Source: Actinomycetota bacterium (GTDB taxonomy: Bacteria > Actinomycetota > UBA4738 > HRBIN12). Taken from it: a stretch of DNA of 64,000 bases. The translations under genes and the position numbers were made by a program. The stretch is from positions 8,791-72,790 of the forward strand of contig JBBDWR010000029.1 in NCBI GenBank assembly GCA_040902745.1, in the 5' to 3' direction. The notes below the pieces were generated by a model. It was not told the DNA's origin. It was given only the letters and a program-made list of their open reading frames with translations, and did no database searches. Shown piece after piece: positions 38,231 through 47,774 of this stretch. Each line of letters begins with the position of its first letter. Position 1 is the first letter of the stretch.

Positions 38231-38914
38231 TTGCTGCACAACCATCGTCGAGCCCTCGCATGGGCGGTCGTCCTCGGTGTCGCACTGACCACGCTGTTCC
38301 TGTTGATGTGGAACGCGGGATCTCGCGCGGGCATCGACCGGATCGACCAAGCGGTGTTCGACGCTGCGAACCGTATCCGGGTCGGGTTCGTGGACGAGAT
38401 CGCGAAGGTGCTCGACGTTCTCGGGGGAGCCTACGTCACGACACCCCTGCGGATCCTCGTCGCGGGATGGCTGATCTATCGGCGGCGGTGGGCGGCGCTG
38501 TCCACGTGGCTGCTCACGTGGGTGCTCGTCGAGGTCCTCACGACCATCGCCAAGGCCGTCTACGACCGCCCCCGGCCCCCCAACCCGCTCGTCGCGACCA
38601 CCGGCGGCTCGTTCCCATCCGGTCACGCCTCGGCCACTGCCGCGACCGCAGTCGCACTCGTGATCGTGTTGCTCAAACCCGGCCGGCGCCGTCTCAGGTG
38701 GGAACTCACGGCGGTCGCCGTGTCGCTGCTGATGGCGCTCTCGCGCGTGATGCTGAACGCGCACTGGTTCTTCGACACGCTGGGCGGCGTGCTGCTCGGT
38801 GCCGGGATCGCCGTCGGATGCGCTGCGATCATCTCGGAGGTCCGCGAGTTCTGGTGGCGTCACGAGGTCGAGGAGCATCCCGAAGAGGCGCCTCCCGAAC
38901 CCGGACCTCTCTAG
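38231..38914 (+). CDS. PAP2 family membrane phosphatase
   Basis: PAP2 signature KxxxxxxRP (KAVYDRPRP), PSGH, and SRVMLNAHWFFD. TTG start chosen to include the first TM helix; the alternative ATG is at 38306. Confidence 0.7.
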   Translation: MLHNHRRALAWAVVLGVALTTLFLLMWNAGSRAGIDRIDQAVFDAANRIRVGFVDEIAKVLDVLGGAYVTTPLRILVAGWLIYRRRWAALSTWLLTWVLVEVLTTIAKAVYDRPRPPNPLVATTGGSFPSGHASATAATAVALVIVLLKPGRRRLRWELTAVAVSLLMALSRVMLNAHWFFDTLGGVLLGAGIAVGCAAIISEVREFWWRHEVEEHPEEAPPEPGPL

Positions 38915-39825
38915 GCGATTGGCGTCGGGGCCCCCGGAGGGGCCGCCGGCGCCAGGATGACCTCGGGCTGTGCCCTCGAAGCCGCATCGCGGTACACACC
39001 CACGAGGTGCCCGTCGGGTGCGAACACGCCGTAGGGACCTTGGATCCCGGCCGGCGCCAGGATCCGCCCGTGCGACGCCGCGATGGCCTCTTCGGGATGT
39101 AGATCGATCCGCGGCAGGTGCGCCACTGCAGCTTCGAGGGGCAACGGATCTCCCAGATCGGTCGGCGTCACCGCCGCCGTCAAGCCGAACGGCCCGATCC
39201 GCGTGCGGACGAGTCGCGTCAGGTGCGCGCCGCAGCCGAGCGCCGTCCCCACGTCGGCGAGCAGCACACGCACATACGTGCCACTCGAGCAGGTGACGCG
39301 GAAGTCCACCTCCGGGGATGCGAACCGCTCGATCTCGAACTCTTCGACCCGGATCGGTCGAGCCTTCGCTTCGAGCCGCTCACCCGCCCGCGCCGCCTCG
39401 TAGAGTTTGCGCCCCCCGACCTTGACCGCCGAATATGCCGGTGGACGCTGATCGGAGTCCCCGACCAGCGCGCCGACCGCCGCATCCAGCGATGCCCGCT
39501 CGACCGCGACCTCGACCGTGCGCACAACCGCGCCTTGAGCGTCAAGCGTGTCGGTTTGGACCCCGAGCCGTGCGGTTCCCTGGTAGGCCTTCGGGAGATC
39601 GGCCAGGAACCGGAGCAGCCGGGTGGCGCGGCCGACGCCGACGAGCAACACACCCGTGGCCATCGGGTCGAGGGTGCCCGCGTGTCCCACCTTCCGCGTG
39701 CTGAGCGCGCGTCGAACCGCGTCCACGACGTCGTGCGAAGTCATGGCGGGCGGCTTGTCGATCACCAGCAGCCCGTCGGGGCCCGGGCCGTCGCCGTGAG
39801 CACGACCGCGGCGAGCAGCACTCAC
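38911..39825 (-). CDS. truB: tRNA pseudouridine(55) synthase
   Basis: The GTG start (GTGA overlap with nrnA) gives ...GLLVIDKPPAMTSHDVV...GHAGTLDP (catalytic Asp). Confidence 0.9.
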   Translation of the reverse strand: MSAARRGRAHGDGPGPDGLLVIDKPPAMTSHDVVDAVRRALSTRKVGHAGTLDPMATGVLLVGVGRATRLLRFLADLPKAYQGTARLGVQTDTLDAQGAVVRTVEVAVERASLDAAVGALVGDSDQRPPAYSAVKVGGRKLYEAARAGERLEAKARPIRVEEFEIERFASPEVDFRVTCSSGTYVRVLLADVGTALGCGAHLTRLVRTRIGPFGLTAAVTPTDLGDPLPLEAAVAHLPRIDLHPEEAIAASHGRILAPAGIQGPYGVFAPDGHLVGVYRDAASRAQPEVILAPAAPPGAPTPIA

Positions 39826-40820
39826 GGCGCGACGGCTTCGCCGCGCAGGGCGGCGCGCATCCGTGTGACGCTCTCGGCGAGCCCGTGCTTGGAGGTGTAG
39901 CCAGACGCGAGCCGGTGCCCGCCGCCGCCGAAGACCTCCGCGACGGCGGCAACGTCGTGATCGCCGCGGCTGCGCATCGACACCTTGAATCGGCCGTCCT
40001 TCTGCTGCTTGAGTACCGCGGCCACATCGGCCTCCCGTGCCGTTCGGATCCCGTCGATCAGATCGTCGGTCTCCTGCGCGTGTACACCTGCGCCGACCAG
40101 GTCGGCCTGAGTCAGATACGTCCACACGAGGCGGTCTTCAGCCTCCAGCGTGGCCCGTTCGAGCGCGGTGCCGAGCAGACGGATGTAGTCGAACCGATTG
40201 TCTTCGTAGAGCGCCTGGACGAGACGTGCGTGATCGAACGGGGCTTCCCGCAGCTCCGCTGCCACACGCAGCGTCTCCGGCGTCGTCGCTTGGTACTGGA
40301 AGCGACCCGTGTCGGTCACGATCCCGGCGTAGAGGCAGGCGGCGGTCTCCGCCGGGATCGCACCGCCGATCCGCCTGAGGAGTCGGAACACGATCTCCGC
40401 CGTCGAGGACGCGGACGGCTCGATCAGCGGCACGGTACCCAGGCCATCGTTGCTGACGTGATGGTCGATCCAGATCAACTCCTCGGCCTTCGACGCAGCA
40501 CCGAGCAACGGGCCGAGACGGTCCGCGGACGCGCAATCGCAGGTCACCATCAGGGAAGGACGCTTGGGAAACTCCTTCACCTGCACGAGTCGATCGCTGC
40601 CCGGCAGCAGGGCGGCCCAGCGAGGCGGTTCGAGCGGCTCGTTCGGGAATGAGCAGATCGTCTCGACCCCCCGAGTGCGCAGGAAATTGGCCAGACCGAG
40701 CATCGAACCCAAAGCGTCCGCGTCTGGGTTCACGTGGCAGGCGATCGCCACGCTGGTGGCGGCACTCAGCAGTTCGGCGGCACGATCCAGCTGCGTCCGA
40801 TCAGCGTCATCTCCGCTCAT
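39822..40820 (-). CDS. nrnA: DHH/DHHA1 phosphoesterase (NrnA-type nanoRNase / pAp phosphatase)
   Basis: DHH motifs (CHVNPDADALGS, DHH), the DHHA1 motif GGGH and the conserved position between rbfA and truB. Confidence 0.85.
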   Translation of the reverse strand: MSGDDADRTQLDRAAELLSAATSVAIACHVNPDADALGSMLGLANFLRTRGVETICSFPNEPLEPPRWAALLPGSDRLVQVKEFPKRPSLMVTCDCASADRLGPLLGAASKAEELIWIDHHVSNDGLGTVPLIEPSASSTAEIVFRLLRRIGGAIPAETAACLYAGIVTDTGRFQYQATTPETLRVAAELREAPFDHARLVQALYEDNRFDYIRLLGTALERATLEAEDRLVWTYLTQADLVGAGVHAQETDDLIDGIRTAREADVAAVLKQQKDGRFKVSMRSRGDHDVAAVAEVFGGGGHRLASGYTSKHGLAESVTRMRAALRGEAVAP

Positions 40821-41185
40821 GGTCCGTCCTTTCGCTCGTGGAGCTGTTGCAGCAGGCGATCGATCCGCTCACCCTCCTCGGAGGTGTGGTCTTGTTCGAA
40901 GTGCAGTTCGGGAAGGAACTTCAACCGTACCTGGCGCCCGACCACCGACCGAAGGTGCGTCGTCGCCGAGCGGAGCCCTGCGGAGGTCGCGCGCCGCTGG
41001 GAGCCGTCTCCGAGCGTCGTGTAGTAGATCCATGCGTGGCGAAGATCCGGAGACGCCTTCGTCGCAGTAATGGTCACGAATCCGATCCGCGGATCCTTGA
41101 GCTTGGGCAACTCGAGCGCGAGCACCTCACGGATCTCTTCGGCCACACGGCTGGGCCGGGCACTCGGGAAGCCGGCAGCCGGCAT
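40817..41185 (-). CDS. rbfA: Ribosome-binding factor A
   Basis: Internal ATG MPAAGFPSARPSRVAEEIREVLA...; 122-aa KH-like RbfA. Confidence 0.85.
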   Translation of the reverse strand: MPAAGFPSARPSRVAEEIREVLALELPKLKDPRIGFVTITATKASPDLRHAWIYYTTLGDGSQRRATSAGLRSATTHLRSVVGRQVRLKFLPELHFEQDHTSEEGERIDRLLQQLHERKDGP

Positions 41186-41493
41186 CACTCTTCCTCCGGG
41201 TCGTGGAATGTCACGTCGCGGTCCAGTACCTCGACCCCCGGGTGGATCTCGACGAAGCGCTCCACCTCGTGCAGCACCTTGCGAAGGTGGTACCCCTCGG
41301 CACCCACGGCGGCGACCCCGATCGCGCTTCGCTGCCACAGCTGCTGATGATCGACTTCGGCCACCGCCACGGGAAAGCGGCCGCGCAGCCCTGCGGTAAG
41401 GGTCTTGACCACATGGCGCTTCTCCTTGAGCGAACCGCATCCTCGGATGCGAAGGTCGAACCGTTCCACCGCGACGAGCATGTGCAACCCCAT
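41185..41493 (-). CDS. DUF503 (YlxP-like) protein
   Basis: MGLHMLVAVERFDLRIRGCGSLKEKR... matches the DUF503 family typically located between infB and rbfA. Confidence 0.7.
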   Translation of the reverse strand: MGLHMLVAVERFDLRIRGCGSLKEKRHVVKTLTAGLRGRFPVAVAEVDHQQLWQRSAIGVAAVGAEGYHLRKVLHEVERFVEIHPGVEVLDRDVTFHDPEEE

Positions 41494-41504
41494 GCGGTCC
41501 GCGC

Positions 41505-43814
41505 CTACAGCGAGCGGGCGACCTCGCGGACCTCGTAGGCCTCGATCACGTCGCCGTCTTTGATGTCCTGGAAGTTCTCGATCCCGATCCCGCACTCGTA
41601 TCCCTGCGCGACCTCTCGGACGTCGTCCTTGAACCGGCGCAGCGAGCCGACCCTGCCGTCGTAGACCACCACGCCATCGCGCACCAGGCGCACCCTCGAG
41701 TCCCGCCGGATGTTGCCACCGGTGACGTAACAACCGGCGATGACCCCGAGCTTGGGGACACGGAACGTCGCACGCACCTCCGCCTGTCCGAGCTCCACGT
41801 CTTCTTGCCCAGGCGTCAGCAAGCCCGTGAGCGCTGCGCGAACATCCGCGATCGCGTCGTAGATCACGCGGTAGGTTCGGATGTCGACGCCCTCGGTCTC
41901 GGCGAGACCCCGTGCGCCGGCGTCCGGTCGCACGTTGAACCCGATGATGATCGCGTTGGACGCCATGGCGAGCTGGACGTCGTTCTCGGTGATACCGCCC
42001 GCGCCCGACCGGACGATCCGGATCCGCACTTCGTCCTGCGGGATCTTCAGGAACGAATCCGTCAGCGCCCCGAGGGACCCCTGGACGTCGGCCTTCAGCA
42101 CGAGGTTGAGCTCGGCGACCTCGTCGTCGCGCGCCTGTGCGAGCAGGTCCTGCAGTGTGGTGGCTCGCGTCGTGACCAGATCGGCGGCGCGGGTGCGGGA
42201 CTCACGATCCTGCGCGAGGTGTCGAGCGGCGCGCTCGTCCGCGACCTCGCGGAAGTCGTCACCGGCGGTCGGGACCGCCGACCACCCGAGGATCAAGACC
42301 GGCTTGGAGGGACCCGCGAGCTCGACGGGGCGTCCATGCTCGTCCCGCATCGCCCGGATCTTCGCGAAAGCCGTACCTGCGACCAGTGCGTCCCCGACCT
42401 CCAGCGTTCCGCGCTGGACCAATACGGTCGCGACGGGACCGCGGCCCTTGTCCAGGTGCGCCTCGATCACCGCTCCTCGAGCGCGGCCCCCGGGGTCAGC
42501 CTTGAGCTCCGCGAGATCGGCGACGATCAGGATCGTGTCGAGCAGCGCATCCAGGTTGGTATGCGCCTTCGCCGAAACGTCCACGAACTCATAGTCGCCG
42601 CCCCATTCGACGGGAACGATCCCCCGCTCCACCATCTGCTGGCGCACGCGGGTGGGGTCGGCCTCTTCCTTGTCGACCTTGTTGACCGCCACGATGATCG
42701 GGACACCGGCGGCCTTCGCGTGATCGAGCGCCTCGACCGTCTGCGGCATCACGCCGTCGTCGGCCGCAACCACGAGCACCGCGATGTCGGTGACCTGCGC
42801 TCCTCGCGCACGCATCGCGGTGAAGGCCTCGTGACCCGGTGTGTCGATGAACGTGATCTCGCGCTCTCCGACGTGTGCCTGATAGGCCCCGATGTGCTGT
42901 GTGATGCCCCCGAACTCACCCTCGACGACGTTCGCCTCCCGGATCGCATCGAGCAGCTTCGTCTTTCCGTGGTCGACGTGCCCCATGATCGTCACGACCG
43001 GCGGGCGGGGCCGCAGGGCCGCTTCGTCCACTTCTTCGTCGTCGTCGTCCGCGAGATCTTCATCGACGCCGACGATCTCTGCCTCATAGCCAAGTTCGTG
43101 CGTAACGAGTGTGAGCGCGTCGTCGGACAGCGAGGTCGTCGCCGATGCCATCTCGCCGAGGTCGAAGAGCGTCTTCACGACCTCGGCAGGGCTCTTCGAA
43201 AGCAGGTCCGCCAGCTCCTGCGCCGTGGTACCTCGAGCGATCTTTAGCTGCGAGAGGGACGGCGTTGTCGGCTCGGGAGCCGGGATCGACGTCGCATCGG
43301 GGGACGGCGCCTCGGCTTGGAGCACACCGGCCGAGCTTTCGGCGGCAGGAGGAGCAGTCTCCAGCTCCGCAGGCTCGGCGGCCGGCGCCGGTGCCTTTGC
43401 CGGTTTGGACGCGGACTTCGCGGAGGTCTTCGCCCTCGTCGTCTTGGTGGCCGGAGCGGCAGCCGCAGATCTCGCTGCGGTCTTGGCGGCGGGCTTGGGC
43501 TTGGCCTCGACTTCGGGCTTGGACTTGGGCTTGGACTTGGGCTTGGACTTGGGCTTGGACTCGGGCTTGGCCTCCGGTTTGGCCGCGGTCTTCTTGGCAG
43601 CCGGCTTGCGTCGCTTCGGCGGGGTGGGCGCCTCTAGGACCTCCTTCGGCTTGCCCCCCTTGACGGCCTTGCCGCCGGAAGCCCGGAGCCGTGGGACCGC
43701 CTCGTCGGGCACGCTCGAAGAAGCGGTCCCGCCGCCGATCCCCATCTCTTCGAGGACCCCCAGCAACTCCTTGCTGGAGACCCCCAGTTCCTTCGCCAGT
43801 TCGTGAACCCTCAA
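41505..43814 (-). CDS. infB: Translation initiation factor IF-2
   Basis: The G-domain carries GHVDHGKT and DTPGHEAF. The Lys/Pro/Ala-rich N-terminal region has (SKPK)n repeats. Confidence 0.95.
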   Translation of the reverse strand: MRVHELAKELGVSSKELLGVLEEMGIGGGTASSSVPDEAVPRLRASGGKAVKGGKPKEVLEAPTPPKRRKPAAKKTAAKPEAKPESKPKSKPKSKPKSKPEVEAKPKPAAKTAARSAAAAPATKTTRAKTSAKSASKPAKAPAPAAEPAELETAPPAAESSAGVLQAEAPSPDATSIPAPEPTTPSLSQLKIARGTTAQELADLLSKSPAEVVKTLFDLGEMASATTSLSDDALTLVTHELGYEAEIVGVDEDLADDDDEEVDEAALRPRPPVVTIMGHVDHGKTKLLDAIREANVVEGEFGGITQHIGAYQAHVGEREITFIDTPGHEAFTAMRARGAQVTDIAVLVVAADDGVMPQTVEALDHAKAAGVPIIVAVNKVDKEEADPTRVRQQMVERGIVPVEWGGDYEFVDVSAKAHTNLDALLDTILIVADLAELKADPGGRARGAVIEAHLDKGRGPVATVLVQRGTLEVGDALVAGTAFAKIRAMRDEHGRPVELAGPSKPVLILGWSAVPTAGDDFREVADERAARHLAQDRESRTRAADLVTTRATTLQDLLAQARDDEVAELNLVLKADVQGSLGALTDSFLKIPQDEVRIRIVRSGAGGITENDVQLAMASNAIIIGFNVRPDAGARGLAETEGVDIRTYRVIYDAIADVRAALTGLLTPGQEDVELGQAEVRATFRVPKLGVIAGCYVTGGNIRRDSRVRLVRDGVVVYDGRVGSLRRFKDDVREVAQGYECGIGIENFQDIKDGDVIEAYEVREVARSL
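43515..43572. repeat. 12-nt tandem repeat (cttggacttggg x ~4.5) encoding the [15 protein letters not shown] segment of IF-2
   Basis: Seen directly in the sequence; coding. Confidence 0.7.
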
Positions 43815-44092
43815 GCCAGCCTCACAACCTCGTCGATGTCCCTGCGTAGCCTAGCGTCTGCGTCGTCGGACGGGCCCGCGCGGAGCGCCCGGCGCAGCGC
43901 TTCAGTGCTGATGGGGGCGCCGGAACACGCTGCCTCCCTGTGCAGGTAGGCGCCTCGCCCCGGCGCCGCTCCCGTGCGATCCACCCGTAGCGTACCGTCC
44001 GGCAACCTAGCCACCCGAAGCAGGGCTGCCTTCGGCCCTCGAACGCGGCACACGACACAGATCCGTTCGGGCACACGCCCGCGCCGGGCCAC
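43811..44092 (-). CDS. YlxR-like (DUF448) putative RNA-binding protein
   Basis: ERICVVCRVRGPKAALLRV...GRGAY matches DUF448. A GTG 2 nt after the nusA stop was chosen as the start. Confidence 0.65.
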   Translation of the reverse strand: MARRGRVPERICVVCRVRGPKAALLRVARLPDGTLRVDRTGAAPGRGAYLHREAACSGAPISTEALRRALRAGPSDDADARLRRDIDEVVRLA

Positions 44093-44093
44093 C

Positions 44094-45383
44094 TCAGCCC
44101 TCCGCGGGAGTCCCCTCCTCGGTCGGCGCCGCGTCGGGCACCGAGACCGCATCCTCGACGGGAACCGGGGCGCCGTCCTCGGGCTCCGGCACCGGTGCAG
44201 GCTCTTGCGCAACGGGAGCGGTCGCCTCGGCGGTCGCCTCGGCGGTCGCCTCCGCAGCGGCTGCCGCGGCGCCGCGAGTCTCCTCTTGCTGTTGGGTCTC
44301 GGACTTGATGTCGATCCGCCAACCGGTGAGCCTGGCCGCGAGACGGGCGTTCTGGCCCTCCTTGCCGATCGCGAGCGACAGTTGGTAGTCGGGAACGATC
44401 ACGAGCGCGTTCTGCGTTGAGTCATCAGTCTCCACGCGATTCACCTTCGCCGGCTGCAACGCATTCGCCACGAACTCCGCCGGGTTCGCACTCCACGGGA
44501 CCACATCGATCTTCTCGCCCCGAAGTTCGTTAACGACCATGCGAACGCGGGAGCCCTTTGGACCGACACACGCGCCGACAGGGTCGACGGCCGGCTCGTT
44601 CGAGGACACCGCGATCTTGGAGCGATGCCCGGGCTCCCGGGCGACGTTCCTGATCTCGACGATCCCCTCGTCGATCTCGGGCACCTCCATCGCGAAGAGG
44701 GACTTCAACAGGCCGGGGTGGGACCGCGACACCACGATCTGCGGACCCTTGGTGCCCTTGCGGACCTCCGTGATGTAGGCCTTGAGGCGCTCGCCGTTGC
44801 GGTACGGCTCGCTGGGAACCTGCTCCCCCTGCGGCAACAATGCTTCGACCTTGCCCAGGTCGAGCAGGGTGTATCGCCGCTCGGACTGCTGCACGATGCC
44901 CGTGACGATGTCGCCCTCGCGTCCGGCGAACTCCTCGTAGGTCATCTCGCGCTCGGCGTCGCGGAGCTTCTGGAAGATCACCTGCTTGGCGGTCTGCGCG
45001 CCGATCCTGCCTTTGAAGTCGTCGGTAACTGCGACCTCCTGCTCGGAAACCACGCGGATCTCCGGCTCCACCGGCTCGGGGGCCTCCGTGGGCTCGAAGG
45101 ACTGCGCCTGCTCTTCTGTCGCCTCCTCCACAACGGCCTCGGCCGCCGGCTCGTCGGGATAGATCTCCTCGAGCTCTTGGAGCCAGATGCGAAGGTCGCC
45201 GGTCTCGGGATCGATCGACGCGCGGACGCCGAGCGTGTCCTCGTCGATCTCCGGGTGCTCCTGCTTGTACCAGGACTTGTACGCCGAGGCCATGGCCTCC
45301 TCGAGGCCGGCGAGGATCGTCTCGAACGCGATGCCCTTCTCACGCTCCAACTCACGGAGCGCAGCGATCATCTCTGCGTTCAT
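44094..45383 (-). CDS. nusA: Transcription termination/antitermination factor NusA
   Basis: Start MNAEMIAALRELEREKGI... is followed by S1 and KH domains and an acidic C-terminal tail with (EATA)3. Confidence 0.9.
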   Translation of the reverse strand: MNAEMIAALRELEREKGIAFETILAGLEEAMASAYKSWYKQEHPEIDEDTLGVRASIDPETGDLRIWLQELEEIYPDEPAAEAVVEEATEEQAQSFEPTEAPEPVEPEIRVVSEQEVAVTDDFKGRIGAQTAKQVIFQKLRDAEREMTYEEFAGREGDIVTGIVQQSERRYTLLDLGKVEALLPQGEQVPSEPYRNGERLKAYITEVRKGTKGPQIVVSRSHPGLLKSLFAMEVPEIDEGIVEIRNVAREPGHRSKIAVSSNEPAVDPVGACVGPKGSRVRMVVNELRGEKIDVVPWSANPAEFVANALQPAKVNRVETDDSTQNALVIVPDYQLSLAIGKEGQNARLAARLTGWRIDIKSETQQQEETRGAAAAAAEATAEATAEATAPVAQEPAPVPEPEDGAPVPVEDAVSVPDAAPTEEGTPAEG

Positions 45384-45859
45384 CTCGTACCTCTCTTCTG
45401 CTCGGCTCCCCACTCGAACACGGTGCGAGCCGACGCGATGTCGTCGTACCGGACGCGTACCTCTCCGCCGTCGGCGGCCACCACGATGGCCTCCGCATCG
45501 GCCGAGACGAGCGCGCCCGCGTGTGTCCACGAGCCGTCGATCGGCTCCGTCGTCTTCACCTTCACCCGGTCACCGATCCGGCGCTTGAAGTGCTCCGGCC
45601 TCCTGAGCGGACGCTCGATGCCCGGTGAGGACACCTCGAGCCGGTAGGACCCGGGGCCGGGGTCGAACCCCTCGAGATCGAGCCGTCGCGAGATACGCTC
45701 CGAGGTCTGCGCGATCGTGCCGAGATCCAGGGCACCGGCCGGGCGTTCGATGGTGACCCGGAGCACGCGCTCACCGTGTTCACGGGTGACCGACGCCTCC
45801 ACGAGCTCGAGCCCATCGGATGCCACCACCGGTGCGATCAGCGTCTCCAGATCCTTCAC
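45380..45859 (-). CDS. rimP: Ribosome maturation factor RimP
   Basis: 159 aa, GTG start, conserved position immediately upstream of nusA. Confidence 0.85.
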   Translation of the reverse strand: MKDLETLIAPVVASDGLELVEASVTREHGERVLRVTIERPAGALDLGTIAQTSERISRRLDLEGFDPGPGSYRLEVSSPGIERPLRRPEHFKRRIGDRVKVKTTEPIDGSWTHAGALVSADAEAIVVAADGGEVRVRYDDIASARTVFEWGAEQKRGTR

Positions 45860-45902
45860 CCCCCTCGCCCCTTTCCCGTTCGTGCTGCGGGAACAAGCCC
45901 TG

Positions 45903-45929
45903 AGAAACAGAAAGTGGGCCGCGGCCCAC
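45903..45929 (-). terminator. Intrinsic terminator after proS (perfect 16-nt palindrome GTGGGCCGCGGCCCAC followed by a U-rich tract on the minus strand)
   Basis: The hairpin with a downstream UUUCUGUUUCUC tract on the proS-sense strand lies ~100 nt after the proS stop. Confidence 0.6.
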
Positions 45930-46033
45930 TCCGGTACGCACGAGTTCCAGTCCGAGAAAGAGTATAGCGGCGCCGGTTCGAACGCCTGCTTCGCCGCAGG
46001 TCAGCGAACCTCCGATGCCCCGTGGCGGAACGA

Positions 46034-47743
46034 TCAGGGGGCTGCTTGCAGTGCCCTGGAGGCGGCGTCGACCGCTGCGGCAAGGGGGGCGGTCGTCCGT
46101 TCTCCGGATCGACGCGCTTTCACATCGATGGTGCCGGCCTCGATGCCGCGCTTGCCCACCACGACCTGCACCGGGTACCCGATCAGGTCGGCATCTTTGA
46201 ACTTCACACCTGCGGACTCCGCTCGGTCGTCCAGCACGACCTCGACCCCGCGTTCGGACAGTCCCTCGTAGATCGCTTCCGCCTGCGCGACGGACGGTTC
46301 GTGGTCCCGCGTCGCGAGCACCACACAGACCTCGAAAGGGGCCAGCGCCTTGGGCCACGTCAGTCCGTCATCGTCGTGGAACTGTTCCGCCGCCGCCGCT
46401 ACGATCCGCGAGATGCCGATCCCGTAGCACGCCATCTGGTACGGGTGCTCGATCCCGTCCTCGTCGGCGAAGGTGGCTTTGAGCGGTTCGGAGTAGAGCG
46501 TCCCGAGCTGGTAGATGTGGCCGACAACGATCGAGGACCCGATCCGCAATGCCCCGCCGTCGTTCGGACAACGGTCGCCTTCTGAGATCTGGACGAGATC
46601 CTCGTACCGGTCGACACGGAAGTCTCGCGTGACGTTCACCCCGACCGTGTGGTGGTCGGGTCTGTTCGCTCCGGCCACCCAGTTCCCCGCGCCGGACACG
46701 AGCCGGTCCGCGAGGATCGCGATCTCCTGGCCCAACCCCTGAGGCCCGACGAAGCCCCGTACGAGCCCATGGGCCTCGAAGGCGTCCTCGTCGAATGCCC
46801 GAACCTGCGATGGGGAATACAGCCGAGCGAGCTTCTTCTCGTTGACCTCCCGATCGCCGGGAACGAGCACCGCGACAGCCTGCCCCCCCGCGTCGAACAA
46901 CATGGTCTTGAGGATCTGGGACTCGGGCACCTCGAGGAGCCGCGCGACCGCCGCAACGGAGGTGGCTCCCGGTGTCGCAACATCCTCGGACTTCGCGGGC
47001 TCGTCGACCGACGCGGCTTCGGGGAGATGCTGGGAGGCCGCCTCGAGGTCCGCCAGATAGTCCCCGTTCTCGCACGTCACGTACAGGTCCTCGCCGATCT
47101 CCGCCGGCGCCATGAACTCGTGGTTGACGTCACCGCCGATCGAACCGGGATCGGCCTCTACGACGAGGTAGTCCAAGCCGCATCTGGCGAAGACGCGATG
47201 GTAGGCCTGCAGCATCACGTCGTAGGACCGACGCATCGCGTCCTCGTCGACGTCGAAGGAGTAGGCATCCTTCATCAGGAACTCCCGGCCCCGCAGCAGT
47301 CCGTAGCGCGGACGCCGCTCGTCCCGGTACTTCCACTCGATCTGATACAGGTTCACGGGAAGATCGCGGTACGAAGGCAGCTCGCCCGCGACGAGCGGCG
47401 CAACGACTTCCTCCTGGGTGGGACCGAGTCCCACCTCACGGCCGTGCCGGTCCGTGAGCTTGAACATCTCGTCGCCGTAGGCCTCCCACCGGCCGGTGGC
47501 CTTCCAGGGATCGGACGGAAGCAGGATCGGCATCCGCAGTTCCTGCGCGCCGCACGCGTCCATCTCCTCCCGAACGATCGCCTCGATCTTGCGTACGGTT
47601 CGCAACCCGAGCGGCAGGGTCGTGTAAACACCCGCCATAACCTGCCGGATGAACGCGGCGCGCATCAACAACCGATGCGATGCGGCGTCCGCCTCGGCGG
47701 GATCCTCTCGCAGGGTGCGCGCGAACAGATGCGACAGACGCAT
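46034..47743 (-). CDS. proS: Proline--tRNA ligase
   Basis: Internal start MRLSHLFARTLRE..., class II aaRS motifs, and the editing-domain-containing bacterial type. Confidence 0.9.
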   Translation of the reverse strand: MRLSHLFARTLREDPAEADAASHRLLMRAAFIRQVMAGVYTTLPLGLRTVRKIEAIVREEMDACGAQELRMPILLPSDPWKATGRWEAYGDEMFKLTDRHGREVGLGPTQEEVVAPLVAGELPSYRDLPVNLYQIEWKYRDERRPRYGLLRGREFLMKDAYSFDVDEDAMRRSYDVMLQAYHRVFARCGLDYLVVEADPGSIGGDVNHEFMAPAEIGEDLYVTCENGDYLADLEAASQHLPEAASVDEPAKSEDVATPGATSVAAVARLLEVPESQILKTMLFDAGGQAVAVLVPGDREVNEKKLARLYSPSQVRAFDEDAFEAHGLVRGFVGPQGLGQEIAILADRLVSGAGNWVAGANRPDHHTVGVNVTRDFRVDRYEDLVQISEGDRCPNDGGALRIGSSIVVGHIYQLGTLYSEPLKATFADEDGIEHPYQMACYGIGISRIVAAAAEQFHDDDGLTWPKALAPFEVCVVLATRDHEPSVAQAEAIYEGLSERGVEVVLDDRAESAGVKFKDADLIGYPVQVVVGKRGIEAGTIDVKARRSGERTTAPLAAAVDAASRALQAAP

Positions 47744-47774
47744 CAGCGAAGGATACCCGTCCGGGTCGGCGCTC

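Noticed and set aside
43515-43572. Possible CRISPR-like or intergenic repeat arrays (12-nt tandem repeats at ~29.95, 43.5 and 44.2 kb).
   Set aside because: They are short, in-frame and inside coding regions (pnp, infB, nusA), and encode low-complexity peptide repeats. There are no spacers and no cas genes.
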